NCBI RefSeq assembly: GCF_001306055.1 | Contig: NZ_LGHJ01000028.1 | Coordinates: forward strand, 18,577 to 50,576 | Length of the DNA: 32,000 nucleotides | Direction: 5' to 3' | From: Bellilinea caldifistulae | Lineage (GTDB): Bacteria; Chloroflexota; Anaerolineae; Anaerolineales; Anaerolineaceae | Part shown: positions 1 through 9,149 of the stretch, piece by piece | Layout: the number at the start of each line of letters is the position of its first letter | Numbering within the stretch: the stretch's first letter is position 1 | The notes under the pieces: generated by a model | Told to the model about the DNA's origin: nothing | What the model saw: the letters and a program-made list of their open reading frames with translations, nothing else | The model's database searches: none | Made by a program: the position numbers and the translations under genes

Positions 1-2672
1 TTTTCCAGATGCAAGGCAAAGGATCGTTGAGGATGTATTTGCAGTTGTTCCTCAATTTCGTCTAACCTTTGAGGTGGAGAAACCATCTCTATAAGGATGG
101 AATTCTCCGGTGGTCTCGGAGGTGGATCTTGCAAATCATACCGTCCCATAGCCACAAATTGAAGGCGATATTGAGAAGGCGGCAAAGAATATTCTTTCGG
201 AATATCCATTTGCCACCAACCCGGCTCGTTATGTCGCGTGCTGGGAGAAAGATCGTCAGGAACAGGAATCTGAATTGGATCTGACCAGGGTTGCCACAGA
301 CCCCAAATACGCACATATCGTTGACGCAACGGCTCAGGCTCAAACCAGTGCAACCGCCTGCCTCTGTTCTGGAGAATCTCGATTTCACATTTTTGAATAT
401 TAAGATCGCGATGGGCTTGCAAAACCGGTAACTCAATGCTTTGCTCATTGAATTGCATTTTCAGGATGAAATATAAGATAGACGCCCTGGAATGGCTTCG
501 TAAAGTATCATGAAATGCATTGAGTTGAAAAACCAATTCCCGTTGATATGTTTGTTGGGGAGGTTGTACTTGTAGGGTTTCATTCTCGTTGTCATCCGTT
601 AAATGGAGCTCCACAATATCCAATTCCATCGCAGAAGGAATTTTCAGGAATAACCGGGGATTGTCGCTTTGGAGTATTTTGGCGAGGGATAAGGATAAAG
701 GCTTATCTTGCCATTCACGGGGTTTACCGGATATCAATTCTAATGACCACTTCAAGTGTGGAATTTCAATCTTGAAAGGTACCCGAATGATCTCTTTCTC
801 GGTGGGCTTTTCAATTTGCAGAGCAACCTGTTCGTCTTCCGCAGGTACGTTGATTTGCCACCTGTCGCCTATGTTTTGTATTTCCGCCTCGCTATCTTCC
901 AACAGGGAAAGAGAGAAACCCTCTGGAAGCCGAATCGAAAACTGCACATCCTTTGCCCCTTGCCAATCAGGAAGATAATAAGGGTGAAGATCTTCCACCT
1001 GAATAGAAGAGGGCAAAACACGGAAGGGGAGTTCTGCTTGAAAACTATTGCCCCGCTGGATTGTAAGATGAAAAGTACCGCAGGGGGCTTCTCCCAGCAC
1101 CTTATGGAGAGATAATCGAACCACATTGTTTTCCGGAACGTTCTCGCCCGGAAAATCGCCGGCAGAATACTCCCACTTCCCTTGCGGGTTTGCAGCGAAA
1201 CGAGACTGCAGGTGAATTTTCCAGCGGCTCAGTTCACTTTCCAAATGCTCAAAATCATGAACAGGGAGTTCCAAACCGGGACTTCCCAGATAGACGGGTT
1301 TCTCTTCTATCGGCAGGCTTTGGGGTAAAAGTATGCCAACAATTTTTGGCTCTTGTGTCCACCGGACAGGCAAAGGGGGGCAAACATCCTGCCCCTGGCG
1401 CTGTAAACGAATGAGGCTGGCATTCCTGAGATCCCACGCTTGGGATTGCCAATTGTCCAAAGGTGGTGGGAAAGGATGTAAATGTTCAACTTCATGAACA
1501 GACCCTGAAAACAACAATTCAGCATCCGCCGGATAGAAAAGCCACAACGTCTCTGCAGGGATTACCGGGTTGAGAGAACACGCGCTATTATCCCTGTAAC
1601 GGAAGGCAAAAACAGGCACTTCGGAAGAGGGCAAAAGACGCAGAGAACGCTTAAAAAGCGTTGTTTCGTTTCCTTCTTCACTTTGCCCTACAAAGGAAAT
1701 TTCGGCATATGGAGCAAGCGTCTCCGGCTGGTAGGAAACTTCATCCGTATGTACTTCTGAACCACTGCGTCGAACACGCAGACGAAGGGTTCCTTCTTCC
1801 CCAACAGGCTGGGTGCTATCAACAAGGCGTATCCTCCAGAAAAAACAGACATAACGCGATTGCTCTTCAGAAGAGATAGGTTGGGCAGGCAATTGAATGT
1901 TTAAGCCGGGAGCGTAGGGATCAAAATACAAACGCGGCAAACGCCGGCGAATGGATAATTCAGCCCGGTTTTGCCAGAAATGCTCAAAGGCTTGTACCAC
2001 ATACGGGCGGATACCTAAAGTTGCTGCATCGGGAATGGGGTTCCCTTGCACGGCTTCACGCGCCATCTGGCGGCATTTGCTGAAAAAGCGTTGGGCCGGT
2101 TCCCCCCCATATTGGAAAAAGTGACGCACAACGTCATCCACAAACAATTCAGCCGTATAATGGTTGAGCAATTCTTCCAGTGCTCGACCGTCTTCCAGAT
2201 CTTTGTAAGGGGGTTTTTGCACCGAAGGAAGCAAAATGTGCTGAAAGAAATCCGCTAGAGAGTAAGCCGGAATGCCCCCATGAAGACGGATGGGATTTAT
2301 ATATCCTTCTTCGAACTCATTTCGAAAGTCCCGGAGATTGGGGTACTGCTGAATAATTTCGCGGAACAATCTTCCCCAGTGATGGTTTGGGTGAAATATT
2401 GCGACGTGATCTATTTCAAACGCTTCGGCTACCTTATCCCAAAAACTGCGTTCGTCGTTGAATGCTGCCTTAAATGACAGATAGGTCACAAAAACGGCGG
2501 GAAAATGTGTCCCGAAGTTTCGAGTGGCTTGGGTTAATCCGTACCGACGTATCCATTTTTCCAGCTCTATTTCCAATTCCGCATGCTGTTCCCGAGAAAG
2601 CGGAATTTCTCCCAGCAACTGAATTTGGCTGAGATAAGGTTCTAAGTAAGTTTCCCATTCGTGAAGGTGCAT
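1..2672 (-). CDS. Large uncharacterised protein, N-terminal >=890 aa. The 3' end runs off the window. Last visible gene of the methyltransferase operon.
   Basis: Absent from the supplied ORF track because no stop codon lies inside the window. Manual minus-strand translation from the ATG at 2672-2670 (MHLHEWETYLEPYLSQIQLLGEIPLSREQHAELEIELEKWIRRYGLTQ...) stays open for 890 codons down to position 3. A GGGGGAG Shine-Dalgarno lies about 9 nt upstream, and the start is 27 nt downstream of the MTase stop. I see no Walker, nuclease or PglZ-like motif. Confidence 0.75.
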   Translation of the reverse strand, partial: MHLHEWETYLEPYLSQIQLLGEIPLSREQHAELEIELEKWIRRYGLTQATRNFGTHFPAVFVTYLSFKAAFNDERSFWDKVAEAFEIDHVAIFHPNHHWGRLFREIIQQYPNLRDFRNEFEEGYINPIRLHGGIPAYSLADFFQHILLPSVQKPPYKDLEDGRALEELLNHYTAELFVDDVVRHFFQYGGEPAQRFFSKCRQMAREAVQGNPIPDAATLGIRPYVVQAFEHFWQNRAELSIRRRLPRLYFDPYAPGLNIQLPAQPISSEEQSRYVCFFWRIRLVDSTQPVGEEGTLRLRVRRSGSEVHTDEVSYQPETLAPYAEISFVGQSEEGNETTLFKRSLRLLPSSEVPVFAFRYRDNSACSLNPVIPAETLWLFYPADAELLFSGSVHEVEHLHPFPPPLDNWQSQAWDLRNASLIRLQRQGQDVCPPLPVRWTQEPKIVGILLPQSLPIEEKPVYLGSPGLELPVHDFEHLESELSRWKIHLQSRFAANPQGKWEYSAGDFPGENVPENNVVRLSLHKVLGEAPCGTFHLTIQRGNSFQAELPFRVLPSSIQVEDLHPYYLPDWQGAKDVQFSIRLPEGFSLSLLEDSEAEIQNIGDRWQINVPAEDEQVALQIEKPTEKEIIRVPFKIEIPHLKWSLELISGKPREWQDKPLSLSLAKILQSDNPRLFLKIPSAMELDIVELHLTDDNENETLQVQPPQQTYQRELVFQLNAFHDTLRSHSRASILYFILKMQFNEQSIELPVLQAHRDLNIQKCEIEILQNRGRRLHWFEPEPLRQRYVRIWGLWQPWSDPIQIPVPDDLSPSTRHNEPGWWQMDIPKEYSLPPSQYRLQFVAMGRYDLQDPPPRPPENSILIEMVSPPQRLDEIEEQLQIHPQRSFALHLE

Positions 2673-2699
2673 ACGCCTATTCTCCCCCTTTCCAATTTT

Positions 2700-5423
2700 T
2701 TATAAAAGGCTCTGCTGTCTTGGCTGATCCTCCCAACGCAGGCGCGCGTTGTCGGCATACATTAACAACTGAGAATCATCCTCAAATACCCGTTCCGGAA
2801 GGCGATTGGCAACCTGGACAATGGCAGCGTAATTGCGTTCCTTCCACGCCCGGCTGAAGCCCGCTCGGATGGCTTCCAATCGAAAGGCTTTCAACTTCCC
2901 CTTACTCTGCAGATAGGCGGCAAACTCGCGCAGTAAACTCTTCTCCCGCAGGGCTTGCAAGTCGCTTTCTTTGGAGGGATCCGGTAACCGCCAGAGCCCC
3001 TCTGCATCCTCCAGAAAGTTTTCCTCCAGCATTGTTTTCAACTCGGGCATGGCTTCGTAGGGCAATTTGCGGCTTTCCTGGTTGAAGCGGATGAGCAAAT
3101 CCGAGTACGTTTTGGGACCTTCTGCCAGTTGAACCCTCAACCACTGGATGGCGCTCTTCTCATCCGTGATCAACAGCGGCATTTGCTCTACCCGCTCGGC
3201 TTGCAGGCGCAATCGGTCAAACTGGCTGGCTTGGGGATAGGTGAAAATCATCCCTTCGCGTTCGGCAAAGCGCTCTTTTAAGCCAGCGTAAAATTGCGGC
3301 GCAGAGAGGGGCACGGCAAACCCATGCTGAATGTGATAGGCAACCATGCGGTCGAACAGTACATAGGGGGCGCGCTCTTGGACGAACTCGAGCAGAACGT
3401 CGTTCTTCAGCATCGGCATGGGCAGGAACTCCAGATGCTGACGCACAAACTCCCAGGCCCCCTCCACCGTACCGGCTTCCAGCGCAAACTGCTGTTCAAA
3501 TATGGCGGTGGGCTTGTAAGCCGAGATGATCAGGTCCTGCTTGACGGCGCCAAAGGCGTTGACCTGATTGAATGTTCCTTGTATTTTGTCTATCGTACGT
3601 ACATCGGCGATCACAAAACCGGCGCGTAACAGGGCTTCTTGAATGGCGTTCCAGACGGCGTTTTGCGAGTTATGGAACTCTACCGTCATCCAGCGCCCGG
3701 GTTTGAGCACGCGGTAGAACTCGCGGAAGCAGGCTTCCATGAGGGCTTGATATTCGGGCAAGCCCTTGCGCTGGGTCTTGTTGACCACCGCCTCGGGCGC
3801 GTTGTTGGTGAAAACGCCCAGCCAGGCTTCCCAGAGGAAGTTGAGTTCGCTGTACATCAGGTTGGCGCCGAAGGGAGGGTCAATAAAAATGTAATCTAAT
3901 GAATTATTAGGCAAGTTTAATCTGTTGCTCGATTGGGTTGATAATAAACCAAAACTATTCTTCTTAGTTCTTATCAGTAGATTTAGAAGTTTATAGAATT
4001 TTCTTGAGATAAAAGGAATTGGATCTATCTCTCTAATTGTGGATGCAATATATAAAGTTCTAGATAATTTACTAGGTATACCACTTGTCCTTTCTCGGTT
4101 TAATTTTGAGGAGCCTTCAGTAATTCCTGTAAGTAGCCAAAGCAAATAATTTTTGTGTGGAGATTTTCCCATTTTTTTAAAAATTTCCGCCAGCGCCCAT
4201 AGATTGCGGCGGGTGTAGAAATGGTGCACGTGGGTAACTCCCACGTTAAACGGGTCGCTGGTTTTGTCACCCTTCGGCAAAGGATAGGTCGGGAACGGAT
4301 AAGGAATGTCGCTGTTTTCGATTTTCTCCAGCAGGGCAAGGTCTGCGGCATCCGGGCGTTTTTCGTAGCGCTTCTTGCCCACGCTGTAGTTGATCAGCAC
4401 CGGCACCTGCTTGGCTTGGCGCACGGTTTGCCCGATGGCGCGGTCGTACTTGGTTTCAAAGGCGCGCTCCACCCGCAGGGTGCGGCTTTCTTTGCGCGGG
4501 CTCTTGCTGAGCAGGGCGCCACATCCAGGACAGTGCCAATCGTCGCGAATCTGCCCGTTTTCATGATCCACCGCCACGTCCCAGAAGACCATCTCTGCCC
4601 CACACTGCGGGCAGAGAAAGACATCCGACCAGACGGTATAGTTGATTTTGCCTTTTACCCCCTCACCCCCAGCCCCTCTCCCAGCGGGAGAGGGGGGCGT
4701 GTGCCAGGTTTCGTACATCCAGTCGCATTCTTTTTCTACTTCCCGGAGAATGCGCTGGGCTTCACGCTCAAAGGCGCGCGCATCGGCCGGGGTGTTGTAG
4801 TTGTAAGCGATGAACGTGGCGGCGGGGGAGAGATCAATGAGCACGGCTTTACGCGTCCCCAGGCGGGAAATGGGCTTATCACCTTCCCAGATGATGTCCT
4901 GCTCATCCACGCGGTAGCCCAGGCTCTCCACAGTTCTTTGATCGCCACATAATTGCGCCGCCACGCCGGTCATGCCGGTGCCGCAGAATCCGTCCAGCAC
5001 AATATCGCCCGGTTCGGTGTAGTGCAGAATATAGCGCATGATGGCTTTGTGCGGCACTTTGGTGTGATACGAATGGGCATTGTAGATAGGATCGTTCTTA
5101 CCCTCCGAGACATCTGCGGCAAATGGCTCGCGATGGTAGTGGTTCTCGGCATCGTTGGGCAAGCCCATTTTCTCGCGGGTCTGGCGCCGTTCTTCCTGCC
5201 ATTGCGCCAAAATTTCCTCCATGAAGGGATTGGGACAAGCCGTGTAGTAGGGTGGATCGGAGAGGTTGAGGATGGCTTCGTCGCTGGCAATGGGAAAGCC
5301 GGGAATCTGGCGGAATTGCGCATCTTTTAGGTGCTGGCATAGTTTCTCCCGCCATTGCTGACGTTCTTCTTCGGAAACCATTGGGGTAGCATTGACTTGC
5401 TCAAACAGTTCGTCTTGATGCAT
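2700..5423 (-). CDS. DNA methyltransferase, N6-adenine/N4-cytosine type, 907 aa, with an internal zinc ribbon
   Basis: ORF 2700..5450. The preferred start is the ATG at 5423 (MHQDELFEQ), preceded by AAGGAAGAG. SAM-binding motif I is VLDGFCGTGMTG. Catalytic motif IV is IFIDPPFGANLMY. There is an N-terminal SDPPYYTACPNPF box and a CPQCG...CPGCG zinc ribbon between the motifs. Confidence 0.88.
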   Translation of the reverse strand: MHQDELFEQVNATPMVSEEERQQWREKLCQHLKDAQFRQIPGFPIASDEAILNLSDPPYYTACPNPFMEEILAQWQEERRQTREKMGLPNDAENHYHREPFAADVSEGKNDPIYNAHSYHTKVPHKAIMRYILHYTEPGDIVLDGFCGTGMTGVAAQLCGDQRTVESLGYRVDEQDIIWEGDKPISRLGTRKAVLIDLSPAATFIAYNYNTPADARAFEREAQRILREVEKECDWMYETWHTPPSPAGRGAGGEGVKGKINYTVWSDVFLCPQCGAEMVFWDVAVDHENGQIRDDWHCPGCGALLSKSPRKESRTLRVERAFETKYDRAIGQTVRQAKQVPVLINYSVGKKRYEKRPDAADLALLEKIENSDIPYPFPTYPLPKGDKTSDPFNVGVTHVHHFYTRRNLWALAEIFKKMGKSPHKNYLLWLLTGITEGSSKLNRERTSGIPSKLSRTLYIASTIREIDPIPFISRKFYKLLNLLIRTKKNSFGLLSTQSSNRLNLPNNSLDYIFIDPPFGANLMYSELNFLWEAWLGVFTNNAPEAVVNKTQRKGLPEYQALMEACFREFYRVLKPGRWMTVEFHNSQNAVWNAIQEALLRAGFVIADVRTIDKIQGTFNQVNAFGAVKQDLIISAYKPTAIFEQQFALEAGTVEGAWEFVRQHLEFLPMPMLKNDVLLEFVQERAPYVLFDRMVAYHIQHGFAVPLSAPQFYAGLKERFAEREGMIFTYPQASQFDRLRLQAERVEQMPLLITDEKSAIQWLRVQLAEGPKTYSDLLIRFNQESRKLPYEAMPELKTMLEENFLEDAEGLWRLPDPSKESDLQALREKSLLREFAAYLQSKGKLKAFRLEAIRAGFSRAWKERNYAAIVQVANRLPERVFEDDSQLLMYADNARLRWEDQPRQQSLL
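4658..4697. repeat. GC-rich palindromic repeat element, intragenic in-frame copy inside the MTase gene
   Basis: CCCCCTCACCCCCAGCCCCTCTCCCAGCGGGAGAGGGGGG. It contains a perfect 10-bp stem (4673-4682 pairs with 4686-4695) and a 3-nt loop. On the minus strand it is read as PPSPAGRGAGGEGV. Confidence 0.55.
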
Positions 5424-5433
5424 ATCTCTTCCT

Positions 5434-8400
5434 TTACCAGTCAATCTCAATGCGTACTTTGGTGAGATCCTTATCGCCGATTTTCTTATCCAACAAAGTT
5501 TTCAACCGTTGGTAGAGTTCTTCGATGGTGCAGGGCATTCCCGGCTGGGTAAGAGCAATCAAGAAGTCGCTGCCTTCCAGCACCACTTTATCCAAACCGC
5601 GTAGCGCGTCGTTGATAGCCTCAACGAGATTCCTGGATACCGGAGAAGTAAACTCGCCCTTTTCCACGAACTCCTTGATCTGCTCGCGGTAGGGCGATTT
5701 GAGCAAAGTGATATTTTCGGCAACTTCGGGTTTTTGTAATTCCTCACGCAGCCGGGCAATCCACTTGCTGTGCACCAGGTTCAGGTTTTCTTCTAATTTC
5801 TCCAGTCGCTCCACAGCAGAGAAGGAGAACATTTCACTGCGCGGGTCAAAGCCACAGTGAGGGCATTCGGTGTATTTGGATAAATCCTCAAGCGTAAGGT
5901 TCGGACAGGAACGCAATTCCGAAAATTCTTTTTGCAAGCGAGTCAGTTCACTGTTGGGCAGGATAATCACCTCTTGTAAGGTAAGCAAATGGCGCCAGTG
6001 CGGGTTTTGGGTCAACTTCTGCTTTCGCTCATCGCCCAAACGGTCGAGCCGCGCTCTGGCATGTAGATTAAGATATGCCTGCGCATAAGACGACCGCAGA
6101 TTGCTCAGTCCGCCATTCAGACGGGAATACAGCGAAGGGTCGGCGCGTTGTTGAGGATTTCTTAACCAGGTAAGATGCTCATTCCTCAAGCGCTGAGCCT
6201 CGAGATGCCATGGATGATGCTCAGGAAGATGCAAATCAGCCCGTGTTATGTACTGGAGATGAGATTGTACCGATTGAAGGACATCCCGGAGCATGATAAG
6301 AACTTTGAGAGTGTCTCGTCCCTTCAGTTGTGCTTGCACTTCCCCAACTTCGAGAGAAAACTGCTGCAAACGCCCGGGGGTATTCAAGCGTTGAATCATC
6401 TCCAGCAAATTTTTATAGTTATCCAACGACTTACGATAAGATTGAATTTCATCTGAAGATAGAACAGGCTCTCCCCAATACTGTAAGCCATCCCGCAGTC
6501 CATCCATCACCATCACTAGGCGTTGAAGTTCTTCATTAGCGAACTGATTCAGTTCTTGGACCATGCGTTCATGCTGTTCGGAGTAATCTACCCATTCTGG
6601 AGGGAACCCCAGTCCTTGCAAGAGCGCTTTCAGCGCTTTTTCGGGTATCGGCTTTGGCCGAGAAATAGCAGAAAACTGCATGAAATCTTCAATTTTCAGA
6701 CGCGCTACTTCATTAAGATCATCTGAAGTGAATGTTTTTCCCATCCAGTTAATAGTGATGGCGCCTTGACGGAGAAGCGCCGCTAGAACAACCATCAACA
6801 GTTCCGGCTCAAGGCCAAACTGAACTTCACGCTCTTCATGACGTGGGTCAGGCGGGGCTATTAAGTCCTTGCGGTTGAGTACCTGAGCGGGAGGAAGTGT
6901 ATCCAATTTATTGAGCACTGCCCGGGCGTAACGAGATTCCAGAACAGTGAAGACTGGTTTATTATTCTCTTTTCGAAGTAAATCAAGTCCTTCCAGAATA
7001 CTCTGGGCTTGGATATTCATCGAGCCACCTGTCATTGCGCGAATTGCCCATTCCGCGGCTTCCGGTAAGGACTTCAAGGTAAGTTGCATGCCGACAAAGG
7101 ATGGGTATTCGGGGTACTTTTGGTCAAAAACAGGCTGGAGGATGGCGGAAGCAAGTTGATAGATCTGATCGCGCAAATTGATTTCCTGGCGGAAAAGACG
7201 ATACTCGCCCTTGTAATCAGCCACCCGGCGAGAAACCGCCCCGTATCGAATGGAAAAAGCCTTGTCGAAGTATTCCCGAATCCAGCGGGAAAGGTCTCTC
7301 AGATGGTTTTCTGCTTTTTTTTCATACTGCATCTTATTACTTCCGGAAGAAATTGTCGACATTTCGCGTGCGCCAGCATATAACCTGAGCGAGCGCAGAA
7401 AATCTTCCTGAGGGGACTCAAGTACAAAGAAAATTTCATCCGAACGGGGCTGGTCATTTTTTCCGTTAGTTTTGAATAGGTGCAAGAAGTGAATATAAAA
7501 GTCGCGCTCCGGGTGGGTGGTGGAGAGTTCATCGCGCGTACCCAGGAAAATATAACCATCCCGGGTAATTCCATGACCTTGCCAAGGGATCTCAACCTGC
7601 CAGATGCGAAAACCGGTCCGGTAGGTGCTATCGCTTAATTCCAGAAGGCGCCTTAAGGCATCGAAGTAGTAGCGGTCAAGAGTATCCGGATCCAATACAG
7701 CGGCACGTTGCTCGATTTGAGCATCAAAATCAATGTCTTTATCTAAATCAAGATAATACTGATCGTTTTCCGGATTACGGGAGAGAAATTGCCCGCTAAC
7801 TGTTCGGGAAATTTCCTGCAGAACATTTTCCACACTGGTCAGTAGGAAAGTTGCATCGGTTTCAGGAATAGGCAGATACAGACACAGACGATCGCGCAGT
7901 TCTCTGGGGGTCAATCCAATCGGCACACGCAGGTCGCCGGTAGTGAGGCGATGAAGCGAAAGACTGTGGATGATCCGAATAGCGGCATCTCGGTAAATGG
8001 GAGAAAGGGCATTACGCACCCGCTCTTCCAGCACCTGGCTCTTGTCCATCACCTCCCGAATTTCTGGGATTGCTCTGTAAGAAGGGTCTTCGAGAATCAA
8101 ACGCCAGAATGCATCAAACGAAATCAGCCCAGGGCGGTCTTCTGGGACTTCCTGTTGAAGTATTTGACGTATTTCGTGACTGACTGCCTTGAGGGCTTGC
8201 CGTTTTTCAATAACTGTCACTCGCTCGAACATTTCCAAGTATGCCGGGTGAATGGGGAACAACGCAACAAAGTCTTCTAAACGCTCTGCCATTGAGTCGT
8301 ACAGGGGGGTGAACTTTTGTAAGTAAGTTCGAATCTGTTGGCGTTGTTTCTCATACTTCGCAAGTAAACGGCGAGAGACGACAAAAGCCACATCTTCGCG

Positions 8401-9141
8401 GACAATGCGGACTTGTTGATACCGATCACGCACCCGGCGGATTGAATCTGCGGCAAATTGGAAGCGTGGGCTGTCAAACAATGATTCCTGTAACCCGGCT
8501 ATGAAGCGCAAGTCGGTCGTAGAGCAAATCTCACCGATTTCTCGAAGAAACGAAAGATCATGGATCAACTCACGTTCATTTCGTCCTTGCAAGTAGTCCA
8601 GTAATTCATCAATAACAATCAATAGGCCCTGTCTGGGGTATTTTGCTTGAAAAGCGTGGATAGCGTTTTGGAGCAAATCTTTGGTGTTGGGAACCTGATT
8701 CATGGGCGGGAAATGCACTTCAACCCCCATTCGGGCTAGCCCTTCTTGCAAGTATTGGAGGACAATATCCCGCAAAGTCATCGCAGAATTGCCGATTTCC
8801 TGGCGGATCACACTGAAGCGACCTGCAATAGGCTGAAGGCCTTGCTGGACAGCAGGATGAGTGACCTCACTAAGTAATTCGGCATGTTCTGCAATAGCAG
8901 AAATAAGCGCCATTAAGTGCGATTTACCGGTGCCATAGTATCCCACAATGAATAAACCACCGTTATCTTCACTCCGTTCAAGGCTGATAGTAGGCAGGAT
9001 GCGGAGCAGGATGACATCCGCCATGCGGTCAGAAATGACATACGTGCGCACAAGTTTTTCGGCAATACGGTGGTCATCTGCCTCACGGACATGGACTACA
9101 TTTTCGACGGGTTCGAACTGAACTAGGTCAGAATACTTCAT
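5434..9141 (-). CDS. Giant P-loop ATPase (~1235 aa), BrxC/PglY-sized; family not assignable by eye
   Basis: ORF 5434..9153. The likely start is the ATG at 9141 (MKYSDLVQFEP), with GAGG 6 nt upstream. The alternative ATG at 9153 overlaps the helicase stop. Walker A is GYYGTGKSH and Walker B is LLIVIDELLDY. A long helical C-terminal region carries a C-x14-CPHCG zinc-ribbon-like motif. Confidence 0.85.
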   Translation of the reverse strand: MKYSDLVQFEPVENVVHVREADDHRIAEKLVRTYVISDRMADVILLRILPTISLERSEDNGGLFIVGYYGTGKSHLMALISAIAEHAELLSEVTHPAVQQGLQPIAGRFSVIRQEIGNSAMTLRDIVLQYLQEGLARMGVEVHFPPMNQVPNTKDLLQNAIHAFQAKYPRQGLLIVIDELLDYLQGRNERELIHDLSFLREIGEICSTTDLRFIAGLQESLFDSPRFQFAADSIRRVRDRYQQVRIVREDVAFVVSRRLLAKYEKQRQQIRTYLQKFTPLYDSMAERLEDFVALFPIHPAYLEMFERVTVIEKRQALKAVSHEIRQILQQEVPEDRPGLISFDAFWRLILEDPSYRAIPEIREVMDKSQVLEERVRNALSPIYRDAAIRIIHSLSLHRLTTGDLRVPIGLTPRELRDRLCLYLPIPETDATFLLTSVENVLQEISRTVSGQFLSRNPENDQYYLDLDKDIDFDAQIEQRAAVLDPDTLDRYYFDALRRLLELSDSTYRTGFRIWQVEIPWQGHGITRDGYIFLGTRDELSTTHPERDFYIHFLHLFKTNGKNDQPRSDEIFFVLESPQEDFLRSLRLYAGAREMSTISSGSNKMQYEKKAENHLRDLSRWIREYFDKAFSIRYGAVSRRVADYKGEYRLFRQEINLRDQIYQLASAILQPVFDQKYPEYPSFVGMQLTLKSLPEAAEWAIRAMTGGSMNIQAQSILEGLDLLRKENNKPVFTVLESRYARAVLNKLDTLPPAQVLNRKDLIAPPDPRHEEREVQFGLEPELLMVVLAALLRQGAITINWMGKTFTSDDLNEVARLKIEDFMQFSAISRPKPIPEKALKALLQGLGFPPEWVDYSEQHERMVQELNQFANEELQRLVMVMDGLRDGLQYWGEPVLSSDEIQSYRKSLDNYKNLLEMIQRLNTPGRLQQFSLEVGEVQAQLKGRDTLKVLIMLRDVLQSVQSHLQYITRADLHLPEHHPWHLEAQRLRNEHLTWLRNPQQRADPSLYSRLNGGLSNLRSSYAQAYLNLHARARLDRLGDERKQKLTQNPHWRHLLTLQEVIILPNSELTRLQKEFSELRSCPNLTLEDLSKYTECPHCGFDPRSEMFSFSAVERLEKLEENLNLVHSKWIARLREELQKPEVAENITLLKSPYREQIKEFVEKGEFTSPVSRNLVEAINDALRGLDKVVLEGSDFLIALTQPGMPCTIEELYQRLKTLLDKKIGDKDLTKVRIEIDW

Positions 9142-9149
9142 GATAAACC

